A stretch of DNA of 51,474 bases, the filler included, from Circinaria calcarea (taxonomy: Eukaryota): NCBI GenBank assembly GCA_051942165.1. It is 3 parts of 3 records of this genome, joined end to end, with 100 filler letters (N's around TTAATTAATTAA, not from the genome) between each part and the next. Parts side by side here need not be neighbours in the genome. Positions count along the whole stretch, not along the records: positions 17,246 to 34,335 come from JAVECS010000285.1; positions 34,436 to 51,474 come from JAVECS010000287.1; 1 more part is not named here. One strand, 5' to 3'. Positions within the stretch are counted from its first letter, which is position 1; every line of letters starts with the position of its first letter. This document shows, in pieces, positions 23,088 through 34,966 of the stretch. A program made the position numbers and the translations under genes. The notes under the pieces are model-generated. The model was not told the DNA's origin. It worked only from the letters and a program-made list of their open reading frames with translations, and did not search any database.

Positions 23088-25142
23088 TCAGATATCGTCC
23101 CCTATTGTAGACCTGATGCTTCTCTTCCCACCTTTGAAGTGCTTCTTTCCACTCACCGCCCTCAGGTCGGCAGGATCAATGTTCCGCTCCAGGGCAATCA
23201 TAGTCCGCTGCTTTCTCCCTGTCAGTTGTTTCCCCGAAGCCATGCCCCGTTCGCTATATTTGTGATTGAATGGCATTGTCAAATGTCCAGCATTGTTCTG
23301 GCCGGGTCCGAAGAACGCCTTGTCGAGTCTTGTCGACTTGGCACCTTGAATTGGACGGGCCGGCTCAGGTCCTACCGAATCAATGACTGAAGGATGGTCC
23401 GAGAATACAGGTGATTCTTCAAGAAAGGAAGAAAGAGCGGCCTGTCTCCTTTCTGGCAAGTGACCCGTATCGTACAGTTCTCGATTGAAGTCTCGAGGGT
23501 TAATGGGAGGGTCACGGGGTGGTGGATGGCAGAAGAGTAGTTTCCCGTTGACATAATCCTTTAGCACATATCTCGCCGCCCTCGATTCATCGGGCTGTCC
23601 CTGGCCAGTCTTTGCAAAGCCTCTTGCAATGGCATAGGCCACTAATATCTCCTCGGCCGTGGGTATACCACTACCACCTTCTTCTATGGGTCGAGTGTGA
23701 ACCTTGACACCATATAGCGCCTCAAAGTATGACTGTGGTATTCTCTGAGCTACAAGCCCTGCGGGGCCGGTGAACTCCCTCAGCTGATCGATTGGAAGTA
23801 TACCGTTAACAACTAGCTCGGCCTTGGTTGATGCAAAGTTGGGAAAGACCAGACCCGGGCAATCGCATAATATAACCTTGGGACTGAGATGTATGGTCTG
23901 AAAATGCTTTGTTTTGCCCGGTGTTGATGATACGGAAACCTTTTTGGCACCTATAAGAGCGTTTATTGTCGATGACTTTCCAACGTTTGGATAGCCAACC
24001 AGTCCAATCTGTGTTTTGCGTGGATGTTCCGGATCTGAGCTGTCAATCTCCGGCGCATTTTCCAAGAACAACGCTTCCAGCTCGTCCACAGTCAAGATTC
24101 GGGTTCTCTGGCCTGCAAAGTCTGCCGCTGCCCCTTCCTCATCTGACTCCTCTTCACTAGCCCCCTTATCCATCTTCTCCTGTCCGCTTCCAATATCGAC
24201 CTTTTCTGCTTCACGTGCTAACAGGTCCTCGTCGCCCTCTATTGCCGCTGCATCTTTTTCCCTTACAAACCCATCACCGCTCAAGTCTCCATCATCCAAC
24301 TCTCTAGCCTCGTTCATCTCCTTTGCCAGTGATGCCGAGAAGAATTTATAGTTGATCCCCGCACTCTCAAAATAATCAGCCCACGCTTCTCTTTGTGCCA
24401 ATGTCATCATGTCTGCCTTGTTGACCAATAGCAAGTTATTCTTCCTCGGATCCACCTCCTTAACGTACTTTTCGAGATCCTCGGACCGGAAGAGTAAAGG
24501 GTTCCTAGCATCAACAATTTGCACCACCAGATCCGATCTCTCGATAACCCTCCATAGCTGCCTCCATACCTCCAGATTCCGCTCAAAAGGCGTCATCAAC
24601 AGGTCCTGGTTCTCCTGTAATTCAGCCAATCCCCTCCTCCAATCCAACAGACTCTGTCTTTCCCTGGTATCTAGCTCCTGTGGTGTAGTCTTTTCGTCCC
24701 AGGGTGGCCGCCGAGGCACAGTCAAGCGGTTTTTATTCGCATTCTGTTTCTTCACCGCCGACCGCTCTTCTTGCGTCGACAGCAAGTAGGGGTTCCGCTG
24801 GTCCGTGTGTATGATTTTGACATTGTTCATCTTCTCCGCCGTGAAGTCTGTTCCGGCTAACTCGGCGGTACTGAGGAACTCGTCAAGCGCGGCCTGCTCA
24901 GTCACACTACGCATTTTGACCCATGACGCCTCTTTGGGAGCATTTGTGACGTACTGTAAATGGTCAGTTAGATACCACTGGACGGTTTCAAGGGGCAGAC
25001 GTACAGTCTCTCCACTTGGTCCTGTCCGATGTATGCCAGTCGACGAGACTTTCTTGCGGTCTGCACCTTTACCCTTTCCAAACCGATCATTCATGAGACT
25101 GTTGCCCAGCCCAACGGCATTCTTAGATTTTGCAAGAACCAT
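23088..25142 (-). CDS. LSG1: Large-subunit GTPase 1 (circularly permuted GTPase, 60S maturation), 667 aa; in-frame intron 25004-24954
   Basis: TPFERNLEVWRQLWRVIERSD, DARNP, NKAD (G4) preceding GYPNVGKSS (G1), TPGKTK (G2) and DCPG (G3). The 51-nt segment GTACGT..CTGAC..CAG is an intron hidden inside the ORF. Confidence 0.96.
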   Translation of the reverse strand: MVLAKSKNAVGLGNSLMNDRFGKGKGADRKKVSSTGIHRTGPSGETVRLPLETVQWYLTDHLQYVTNAPKEASWVKMRSVTEQAALDEFLSTAELAGTDFTAEKMNNVKIIHTDQRNPYLLSTQEERSAVKKQNANKNRLTVPRRPPWDEKTTPQELDTRERQSLLDWRRGLAELQENQDLLMTPFERNLEVWRQLWRVIERSDLVVQIVDARNPLLFRSEDLEKYVKEVDPRKNNLLLVNKADMMTLAQREAWADYFESAGINYKFFSASLAKEMNEARELDDGDLSGDGFVREKDAAAIEGDEDLLAREAEKVDIGSGQEKMDKGASEEESDEEGAAADFAGQRTRILTVDELEALFLENAPEIDSSDPEHPRKTQIGLVGYPNVGKSSTINALIGAKKVSVSSTPGKTKHFQTIHLSPKVILCDCPGLVFPNFASTKAELVVNGILPIDQLREFTGPAGLVAQRIPQSYFEALYGVKVHTRPIEEGGSGIPTAEEILVAYAIARGFAKTGQGQPDESRAARYVLKDYVNGKLLFCHPPPRDPPINPRDFNRELYDTGHLPERRQAALSSFLEESPVFSDHPSVIDSVGPEPARPIQGAKSTRLDKAFFGPGQNNAGHLTMPFNHKYSERGMASGKQLTGRKQRTMIALERNIDPADLRAVSGKKHFKGGKRSIRSTIGDDI

Positions 25143-25619
25143 TTTCGAGGGTTTCTTATGGCGTACAGTGGTAAAGTCGGGTCAAGAGCAATTCTCTCAG
25201 ATGTTTAGCCACCTGGTAGATCTTTGAAATCTAAAAACACCACAGGCACGTCATTTGTCAGCCTTACATAAAGCGCATGATCCGTGCGTTATCCACAACT
25301 AGCGCCGCTAGCTGACGGGGTCAACCCCTTTCGGCTACGATGAGGCTGTTTTTATTGAGGCATACCCGTAATATATCCATTTAAAGTCTGAACTTCTCTT
25401 AACCCAGATACCTATATAGAAAATAATATACATTTGTGGTGAAGGAACGTTACGCCGACGCAATGCCGCTTCAAATGGTAGCAGTAGATACACATCGCCA
25501 AACAAATGCACACAAAGTCCACCCCCAACCATTTGTGAACCCCTTTAAACCACGAGAAGGTCCCAAGGAAGCCTTTGGTTTACCATGAACGCCTCTGTAT
25601 ATTCAGCCGACAACCCCTA

Positions 25620-28291
25620 TCACATCAGTTTACACTCGCGATCCGGCCGGCCGTCTTTATCTTTGCCCTTGGTCGGTGCGATTTGGCCACTCTCCCCCTT
25701 GTTGCTGTTTTCCTTTGCCGAAACCGATGCATCTGTTGTATGGGAGGTCTCCGACTGAGTGTTCGGAGGGTCTGATGGATCCTGTTGCTGGTTTGGATCT
25801 ACCGCTCTGATTGTGGTTTCAGGCTTATCTTTTCCAAGCTTGCTAGCCAGTTGGGAGAAGGAGGCACTTAGGCGCTTACCGCCGATCATGCTGACAGGCC
25901 TGCTACCTGAGCCTCTCTTTCCTAGCTTCGATTCCCGCCGAGAGCCTCCAAAGAATCCACTCCCAGAAGGAAGGCTGTTAGCAGCAACGTCGACATACTG
26001 ATTCTGTTTGGCGCTGGCGGTACTGGTATCGGTTAGAGCTACACTTAGCCTTCGCTCACTCGTCACGCTTGGTCGCCTTAAATTTCCGTCAGAATAAATT
26101 CCATCAATAGTAGGTCCTATCGTCTCCATATTCTCGTGGTTCGAGCTCTTGCTTTCCTTATTACTCGGAGACAATCCAGCAATGCCAGAATCTTTGCCAT
26201 CTGAGCTATACGATGGGAGATTCCCTCCACCTTGGATGTTTGCTGGATCTCCATCTATTGGCAGCACCTGATAGAACAGGAGATATGGTGTTTCATCCAC
26301 TAGAGCCTTTTCAATGTCAATATACCTAATTCTTTCTTTTGCAAGATCATCAAAGAGCATCCATCTGTCGTTCGACGAGCCCTCAAGGGGCATGTCTCCT
26401 CCTCTTGCATTAGAAGCCTGACCGCGGACTAAGCTGATATAATGTCCTGAGTGAACACTATTTCCTCTGTGGCAGACAGCGGATTGCAAGGAGAGCTTGA
26501 AATTACCAAATGCCGCGCCGTCGTCAGACATTGTATCATCGTGAATGAACTGGGGTAACCCGATCTCTACGGGTATATCCACATGAGTATTGCGTCGTGT
26601 CGCTTCACCGTTTGGAAGCATTGAATATCTTTTCAGACAGATCCCAAGAACAGGGCGTTTCGACGCAAAATGAGCAGCCATTTGAGCATTGTTACCAGGC
26701 ATAGCATCGGTGTACCAAGCTATATAGACGTTCAGCAACTACAACGGGTACCGTGTAGGATAGATAGCCTTACGAATTATACTGAAGAATTGGAAGGCCT
26801 GGACTATGTCCTCCTTCCTTCCACTGGCCGCCCTGGGGCGATTGATTTGGCTACTACCGTCGTCGTTTAAAGGCGACCCGTAATCGCATTTCTCTGACAC
26901 ATAGTGTTCCTGGACGATACTTGGAGCATTTTGCCTGGATGAATGTGAGCGAAGGGTTGAAGACGTGAGGGGCGAATTCGTTGGCGCCGCTGTAAGAGGA
27001 GTCGATGGCCGTGAATCGTCAATCTCAATGGATTCTATATGTGCAGTATGACCTTTGCTCGAATCCCCCGAAATACGAGACCTCGTTCCAGTCAACGTTA
27101 GCCTCCGATGTTCTCGATATCGCTTAACCTCAATTCGGCTGTTGAAATATGTCTCGAGGCAGTCCTCTAAAGTGATACCCGACCCACTGGTAGGCTCTTC
27201 AGGAATGGCGACCTCGAGCAAACGTTCCTTGACAAACTTATGATCATCGTTTGCATCTTCCTTTCCGGAATGCCAGATATCGACCTTGAGCGTTAACAAG
27301 GGCAATTCAAGCTTCTCCGTAATGAATGAGAAGGCCTCGGACGCATCCTGCTGACACCGAGCTGATGCCTCCTTCCAACCGCAGGCAGCCAAAGCCTCTT
27401 GAAGCTGTTTGGTCTGTACAAATGAGTACGACTCACAAACGCAAAGATTGTTGTGCGGGGATACGTACAATGTCTACTGTGATCAACTTTCCCACGCGTA
27501 AAGTATTAACCCATAATCGTAGTAGGGTGGCTAGTCTTTTCCTCGGTTCATCTTCAAATGTGTTGTATAGGATCGCCTCAAAACTCTCCAGTCTCGCAAA
27601 CATGGCAAAGAGTGTAGCATCCAGATAGCAAGTGACTCCATGCCGGTTAACGGCCCCTAGAAGCTTTACATCCGGATTGTAGTCTTTTATTATGCCTTGC
27701 TCCGATTCTTGAAGTAGGACAAGGAGGTCAAATGCTTTTTCCGGATCGCCTTTTGCATACGGCGCATTGAGAACGTAGTCGATATCAGGCTCTTGGAAAT
27801 GTGTGATGCCAATCTTTGCCAGTCTTTGGCTCAATGCTTTGATCTGGTCCAAGTCAACACTATGCTCATGCCAACGGGCTCATTTGGGTAAAGCATACCT
27901 TTTTCTCCTCATCTTTCTCCCGCACCTGCTCCTCGTGATTGGTGAACAGGCCATGAAGATGACCGGCAGTCTGTCGGGGCTGCAGTAGATAAAAATCAGA
28001 TGTGTTAGCAGTTGACGATTGCACCGTCGCTTCGGTTGCTTGCAAGCGAGGAGATGCCTTGGGTCTCGGGAGTGGGAAGGCTAACGATAGGGAGGATACA
28101 GAAGAGGATGAAGAATGCCGCTGAAAGGGAAAAAGGAGGGTACCGGAAACGGTACGGAGCGACGAGGTGGAAGATGAGTCTGTGGTTGGCAGTGGAGGAG
28201 GAGGCATTGACGGTGACATTACTTTTTCATGATGCGGGTCTTTGTGATGGCGTTTATCTCTGCGGCTGAGGAATCGGTGGATACCGCTCAT
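25620..28291 (-). CDS. Ubiquitin-specific protease (peptidase C19, CYLD-like fungal USP), about 754 aa; exons 28291-28223, 27979-27899, 27843-27469, 27413-26774, 26719-25620
   Basis: Cys box GAVNRHGVTCYLDATLFAMF, QQDASEAF, His box VCHRGNSVHSGHYIS and WMLFDD. Four GT-AG introns with branch sites join the ORF fragments in frame. Confidence 0.9.
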
Positions 28292-29432
28292 GCTGTGGCG
28301 GGAACAAACAGCATGGGGGCACCGGCTGAAACTTCGTAGACGTCGCTGCCTCAGGGAAGAGAGAAGAGAGAAGCGATTGCGCTACCGCCGTCTGTGATTT
28401 GATCCACCGCTGCTGACCGAGTGTGACACTGAGAACATACTCCCAGTATCTTCTCGCATGTGAAGCAACGTAGTGAAGCAAGGATAGCACTTGGATGCAG
28501 GTTATCCGCTGTATACCTTATACAATTCCGAATGCCTTTTAATAGAGAGAGAATGATATCTAAACTCCACCCTTGACCACTATGAAGCCACCAATTACCA
28601 CTAGCCCCCTCCCTTAGGACCTTAGCCTCGCTCGCTCCATCCGCACAGGCTGCCCAATCGGGGGACTCGCCCATATCAGATTCTTCCGCTTATAGAAAAC
28701 CCACACAGTAACAGGAAGTCAAGGAACGGATTTACAAAGGCTTTGTATCCCTGAATCAAGTGAACGGGGCTCGCTCGATGAGAGCATATTCTACTCATTG
28801 GGCCCTCCACATCCTTCCTATTCATCTTTCTCGAATCGAAAAACCTCACTGGCTCGTTCATGGCCCACGGGGAGCTTCACGTAGGCACGTAGGATACTCG
28901 GTCGGCTCAGCTAAGCGTGGTATAAAGTTACAGGCCGGAAGGACTCTGTAGGAGGAGATCTCTCCATCCACGGGTTTGAAAACGGGTGGTAAAAGTGCTA
29001 GATGCATCCCCACGGTCTAAACTCCAACAGTCACATATCTACCGGAGGCTACTCTCTGGAAGGACCAAACGATACAGGTTTGGGCAATACGGTAACTGTT
29101 ATTTCTTATTCGAATCCATAGTACCGGTGGATCTAGTCCTGGGTACTCGACCCCCGCAATAATCTCCCCAAAGGAAGACTCTCCTACGAACCCAAGACAT
29201 GGACAACCCTTCGTTCCCAAAGACAACCGCATTCCGACAGCCCCTGGAACCCGGCCCATAACACAACAAAAGCCCCGTCTACTCTATAAGCGCCAAATCA
29301 CAACCGAACGCAATCGCTGCACCGCTATGCATGTGAAGGACGACCCCGGGTCCAGAGACGTCAGACTGCGGAAGGTTGTACCAGGCTCCACTTCAAAAGC
29401 ATAAAGTTCAAACACCAGTGCCCGTCTCCTTC

Positions 29433-32400
29433 TCAATCGATATCCACAAGTTTGCCTTTACGCTCGGCCTTCTTGGCCCCTTCTTTGAGGCCATCAAAAT
29501 CCCCACTCATCTCGCACATGCCGCGAAACACACCACCGTCTCGTTTGATCAGCTCCCATGGTGCATCAAACTCGACCAGCTCACCTTTGTCCAACACGAG
29601 GACTTTGTCATAGTCGATAATCGTCTCCAAGCGATGTGCGATCGTTATGATTGTACTTCCCTTGACCTCTCTAAGGGTCTCCTGGATCTTGGCATCAGTC
29701 GCATAATCAATCGAGGCCGTTGCTTCGTCCATAATCAACACGCGAGGAGACTTGAGGAGGGCACGGGCAAGGCACAATAATTGCCGTTGACCTTGGGACA
29801 GGTTTGACCCTGACTCGGATATAGACGACGAGAGGTTATAAAATGTGTTTGCGTTTTCGCGCGTGTTCGTGTCAACTTTTGTGAGACCAAGTTTTGGATC
29901 AGAATCGTCAAAGGTAGAAGTGGGTGACTTGGGAGGTGTTAGCATGGCGGCCTCTAGGTTTCCAGATGATGGGGGTGATGATGAGGTAGATAATGGCGTG
30001 CCAATAAGGTGTACACTCCGCAATGCAGCATAAAGCTCCTCGTCCGTGAAAAGACCGAAAGGGTCTAGGTTACTTCGGATGTCGCCCGTGAAGAGTGTTG
30101 GGTCCTGACTGACAATACAAAGGGATTCTCGTAGATCTTGAAGACCAATCAAGCCAATATTAATGTCGTCAATCAATATCATACCGGAGTCCGCCTCCAG
30201 ACCTCTGAACAATGCGAGGGCCAAAGAACTTTTGCCTGCACCTGTTCGACCTACGATCCCAACTTTCTCCTCTGGCTCAATTTTGAAGCTGAGGTCTTTC
30301 AAGACCGGAGCAAGATCGGGTCGATAACGTGTGGTATAGTTGATAAACCGGACCGCTCCGTGGTTGGGCCAATTTCCCGGGGGTTTGTTCTCCGGTATGC
30401 GGGCTCTAGCTTCCTGTTCCACATCAAGGTATTCTTTGACTCGCTCTACACTGTTCATGTTCTGTAACATGGAGTGGGTCAGTTGATTCCGTAATAGTTC
30501 TTTTGACGGTGGATCGTACCTGTTCATTTATCGAGTAGAGTCGCACGAGCCACAGGATATTCTGTTTAAACGTTAGTGTTGAAACTTTGTCAGGCCCTAG
30601 CAAAGTCTTTTCCAAAGGGAAGCCTACCTCGTTAAACATTGTGGCATATGTCAGAGAGAGCCCCGCTGCGCCAGGATCGATTTTGCCGACACTCAGCACG
30701 ATGAAAGCACCCGCGAAGAAGGACACCAGAGATCCGGCAGAGTCAACCCGGAGAGCCAGCCAGCGGTTTGTGGCCCATAGGTATATAAATGGTCTGTTAT
30801 AGGTATTGACACGAGCTGCGTTGTCTCGAACAAATCGAGACTCATCCCCGTACGCTCGAATCGTCGTAATCCCGCTCAAAGTCTCCCCAAACTGCTGATA
30901 CAACGGGCTCCTTTGGACCGATTCCAACCTTTTCAGATCACGTGAAGATTTGATATAGAACATACCAACACAAAAGTAGATACAACCGAGCAGAGCGCCA
31001 GCAAGGAGAAAAGCAGGAGTAATGATCGACACGAGGGTGATGATGGTAATTACCCCCAGCATCGAATGTACCACACCGCAGGCGACAAGAGCGAGGTCGC
31101 CGTCTATAAACTCAGAGTTAGCGTGTTGGAGTGTAGCTGCGAGAGTAAATGGAAGCTAACCTATATCTTGTAGGTCCTTGGAAAACCTGTTAGTTATCTG
31201 TCCAAGTGGGGTAGTATCGAAAAACTTAAACCTCGCTCTGGTGACGGCCTCTACTAACCGAGCGTGGATGATGCGAGATGCTGTCAAGGAGCCTTTGAAC
31301 GAAATACCGAAGCGGCAGATACAAACACTTATGTACAACAAACCGAGAGCAACATATACGCCCAAATAATAAGTAGCATGGACATCTGATGATGTGTTAT
31401 TTGTCGTCAAAGTATGCCCTGACGAATGGTTCGTGATGGGCGAATGACCAAGCAGGCGGACCCCATTCCACGAATGTCTCGTGAGAGTATTTAATGTTGC
31501 GACTAACTCTGTCCTCGGTGCTGTACCTTGGGTAATTGGCATCGTGTCAAGTCTCTTCCTATGGTATGAATTGGCCCAACGCCGTATCCATAGATTAGGG
31601 GCAACCGACGTGGTTTGCTCGCAGGCAAAAGCAAGGATTATTAGGATCCAGAAGTACCAAGGTCCCATGGAAGATAAATACACCTTGATGACAGGCCACT
31701 TCACTCTACCTTCTGATTTACCCTCAGTCCTTGCGCTGGAACTTTCGTCCTTCTCTTTAGGTTTCGATGGTAGCGTAGGCTCTTCGATCAGTCCCTTAGT
31801 CTTGGTAGCGTGGCCATTTGCATTGCTGCTTTGAGCGTCAAGGTCGACTGTTGACTGGGTACGGGAAGGAGCTCCAGTACCAGACTTTGATGTAGGCTGT
31901 GATAAATCATCACCTAGTGCCCCGGAAGACATAATCACATCCGGAGGCCCCTGAGCCTTGATCTTCCCATTGTCCAGAACGACCACAAATTGTGACTGAG
32001 GAACACACAGTGGCACGTTATGTGTGACAAGTATGCAGGTCCTGTTAAGCAGGAGGGGTCCCTTGATAGCATATAGGAATATATGCTGCGCAGTATGAGA
32101 ATCCACAGCACTCAGGCAGTCATCTAGCAGGATATGCCTTGAGTTGCAATACAAGGCTCTTGCTAAGGAGATGCGCTGCTTTTGTCCACCAGACACAACG
32201 ATCCCTTTCTCTCCTACAAGGGTTGAATCGCCAGCCTCGAGCACAGCAAGGTCCCTTTCCAGTGCACAGGCTTTAATGACGCTGTCGTACCGTTTTTCAT
32301 CCCAAGGGGAAGCAAACACGATATTTTGCTTGATGCTGTCATTGATACTGGCAAGAGTTAGAGGGGTGTCTGATCACAAGGCAGGTATCGAACTTACAGC

Positions 32401-34335
32401 CAAGCCTGCTGGGCACAGTATGCAACGCTCTCCGTTAGACCTGTCTCCGGATCTGGCTTTAAGGTCTCCCGGCTATAGCCACCAGGCAGGTGAACCTTTC
32501 CTTCCAACAGCGTCATTTCTCCCAGGAGAGCCATTAACAAAGAAGTTTTCCCGGATCCTGTGGGCCCCGCGATAATGTTCAGATGACCAACTCGGAATCT
32601 AATGTCGATATTGATCATGCGAAAAGCTTGGGCATTCTTATGATCCTGGGGGTCCCGGCCTCCCCATGTGAGGGTTGCATGGTCAAGGCCAATTACCATC
32701 TCTCCATTCTGATATTCCGGAATATGGGAAAGCTGAGCGAACTTCTCAGTCTCATCCTCATTCAAGAATTCCTCGACTCTGTTAATCGAGACCTTGCACT
32801 CCTGAACGCGAGCTAGCATATCGGCTATTTGATCTAAAGGATAGCGAAGGAGGCTAAATAGTGACAGAGCCGTGAAAGCAATCGAAGGAACCAAATCCTT
32901 CTTTTCGACGACCGTGTAGAAAAAGAACGAGAGGGCAGTAATGAGGAGGGGGACTCCGTACCAGATCATCGTGGCTCCGATCCATAGAATAAATTTATTG
33001 CGGAATGCCCGAAGCTCCACTTCCCGCTTATCGTTGATAATGTTTCCAAACCTTTGCTCCCACGCAAAATACTTGATGATGCGGATATTCTGTAGGACTT
33101 CATTGGTAGTATGAATTCGAGCGTCCGTGGCCGCCATGATCCTCTGCTGAAACGCACTGAATTTCCTGGCAACCAGGATGTTCACTGGCAAGAGCAACAA
33201 CATTGTGGCAATACTAAAGATGGAGCTGTACCCCAGAATGTGATAAAGGAGTACAACTGCCACAGCAAATTGGACGGGCGCGGTAGGGAAGAGAAAGTGC
33301 AGGTACGCACTTACGTCACTGATTTTGGCGGCATCCACGGCCATTAAATTAATGATTGTCCCCGCGTTGACTTGACTGTCTGTCTTTTGTTCTTGTGAAG
33401 CAACCTCGGGTGACGCTTCAACCTTTTTCTTACGCCCAAAAGATAGAACCTTTGTTTTGAGTCCAGGTTTTGACGTCGGACCTGTGTCCAAGAGCTTGCT
33501 TCCTTTTTGACCGAGGATCGTGTCTGAGCCGGCAGCGGCTCTTCGCCTCAGTGTCTTCGCATAGATTTCACCAACAACAATGGCTCGTAATCGAATGCAG
33601 ATTTTACGGCCGATCCATAGAGCTTGGCCCGCTGCTATCCCCTGGACACAGCCGGAGAGACCAAGCAGGATTAGGTAGAGCCAGGCGGCAGTCGCCGGCA
33701 CCCTCTGTGGGTCTTGAACATATTCGAGAATTAATTTCAGAAGCATTGTCGGTGCAAAGGTCAGGAGCCCGGCCAACATCGCCCAGACTGCCTGGACCAA
33801 TAAATCCCGCTTGAAGTAGCTCAGCATATGCCAAGCTAAACTTGAGGTCTTCTTGAGCTGCCTGAATTCCGCAAGTACGTTCGTCGCTCTGTCTTTAGGC
33901 ACCAGGTTCCAAACATCGCTGATCTCGAACGGTTTCTTGTATCCTTGCCACACAATTGCGTCGACCCAAGAAAAGGTGGCGAGCGAGATCAAGCTAGCCA
34001 GTGGCTCTTTCGAGGGTTGCAAATTGTCCTCGTGCTTTAGAATGACTTTACGATTCCCTCTCCGTGTGGTAAGAGCGATCAAAGCCAGCAACGAGGTTAA
34101 CACAAAGCTTGCAACCATCAAGGCCTTGGCGTGACTCGAATGCGGGTGGATCAAGGCGGATCGGAACAGAAAAACCGTCAAAACCCAGTTGACACAATAC
34201 AATACAGCAGTATGATTCCATAACTTTGGTAACGGGCTGCGTTTGACATGGGCTAGCATCACTCTAGAGTAGGCGAGCGTGGCGATATAGATCCACACGG
34301 AGAGACTTGTGATTGCTGCGATGTCTCCATTCCTG
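29433..34335 (-). CDS. YBT1: ABCC/MRP-type ABC transporter, Ybt1/bile-acid-permease-like; 5' end cut by the contig edge; introns 32397-32348, 31160-31104, 30627-30562, 30519-30462
   Basis: TMD-NBD-TMD-NBD layout. NBD1: GPTGSGKTS, VSGGQKQRI, LLDD. NBD2: GRTGAGKSS, LSQGQRQLL, MDEATAS. FFDTTPLGQITNRFSKD is ABCC-typical. The frame is open up to the N gap. Orthology to YBT1 is from recall only. Confidence 0.9.
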
Positions 34336-34435
34336 NNNNNNNNNNNNNNNNNNNNNNNNNNNNNNNNNNNNNNNNNNNNTTAATTAATTAANNNNNNNNN
34401 NNNNNNNNNNNNNNNNNNNNNNNNNNNNNNNNNNN
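34336..34435. other. Artificial contig spacer N44-TTAATTAATTAA-N44
   Basis: Identical to the spacer at 17146; 12-mer at 34380-34391. Confidence 0.98.
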
Positions 34436-34516
34436 AGCCCCAAATACGGATACAGTTAACAAAGCGTCTAGAACCCTTATCACAGCTAATGGCCTGGCTC
34501 TAACTCTCAGTCCATC

Positions 34517-34570
34517 ACTTCTACTTCTACTTCTACTTCTACTTATTCAAGCATAGCATAGCATAGCATA
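34517..34570. repeat. Microsatellites (ACTTCT)~4.5 and (GCATA)4 near the contig start
   Basis: acttctacttctacttctacttctactt; gcatagcatagcatagcata. Confidence 0.8.
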
Positions 34571-34966
34571 CCGCTACCTCTCACTTGCACCTTTCAACCT
34601 TCAACTTTCTTACCGCGGTTGGAAAAGGGGCAGAAGGGGAAAGAGGGGAAAAGGGAAGTAGTTTTGGACAAGGTGTTCTATCGTACTTAGTTTTACCCTC
34701 TGGGTCTGGGTCTGGTTTACATGCGAGAAGACTCGGGGCTTTCTAGGTAGCGCGGTGCCCTAGAAGAGGGGGGGGGAAAGGCGCCGTTCCAGTATGCCGT
34801 TACTTGAGAATTCTCCAAATCTCATGTATTCCGATAAATACATACTTATATATAGCCTTACAAAAGGAATTTTTACTCTACGCCAAAAACGCCAGTGAAG
34901 CGAAGCATTGCTCCCCTCCCCCCCCGTTGGGGCGTGAGCCATGACAGAAAAAACCTGCACATTTTT

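Noticed and set aside
24954..25004. Apparent peptide insertions in LSG1 (also 30562-30627 in the ABC transporter and 171-218 in the first gene)
   Set aside because: Each has donor, branch and acceptor signals and a length divisible by three; they are ordinary in-frame introns.
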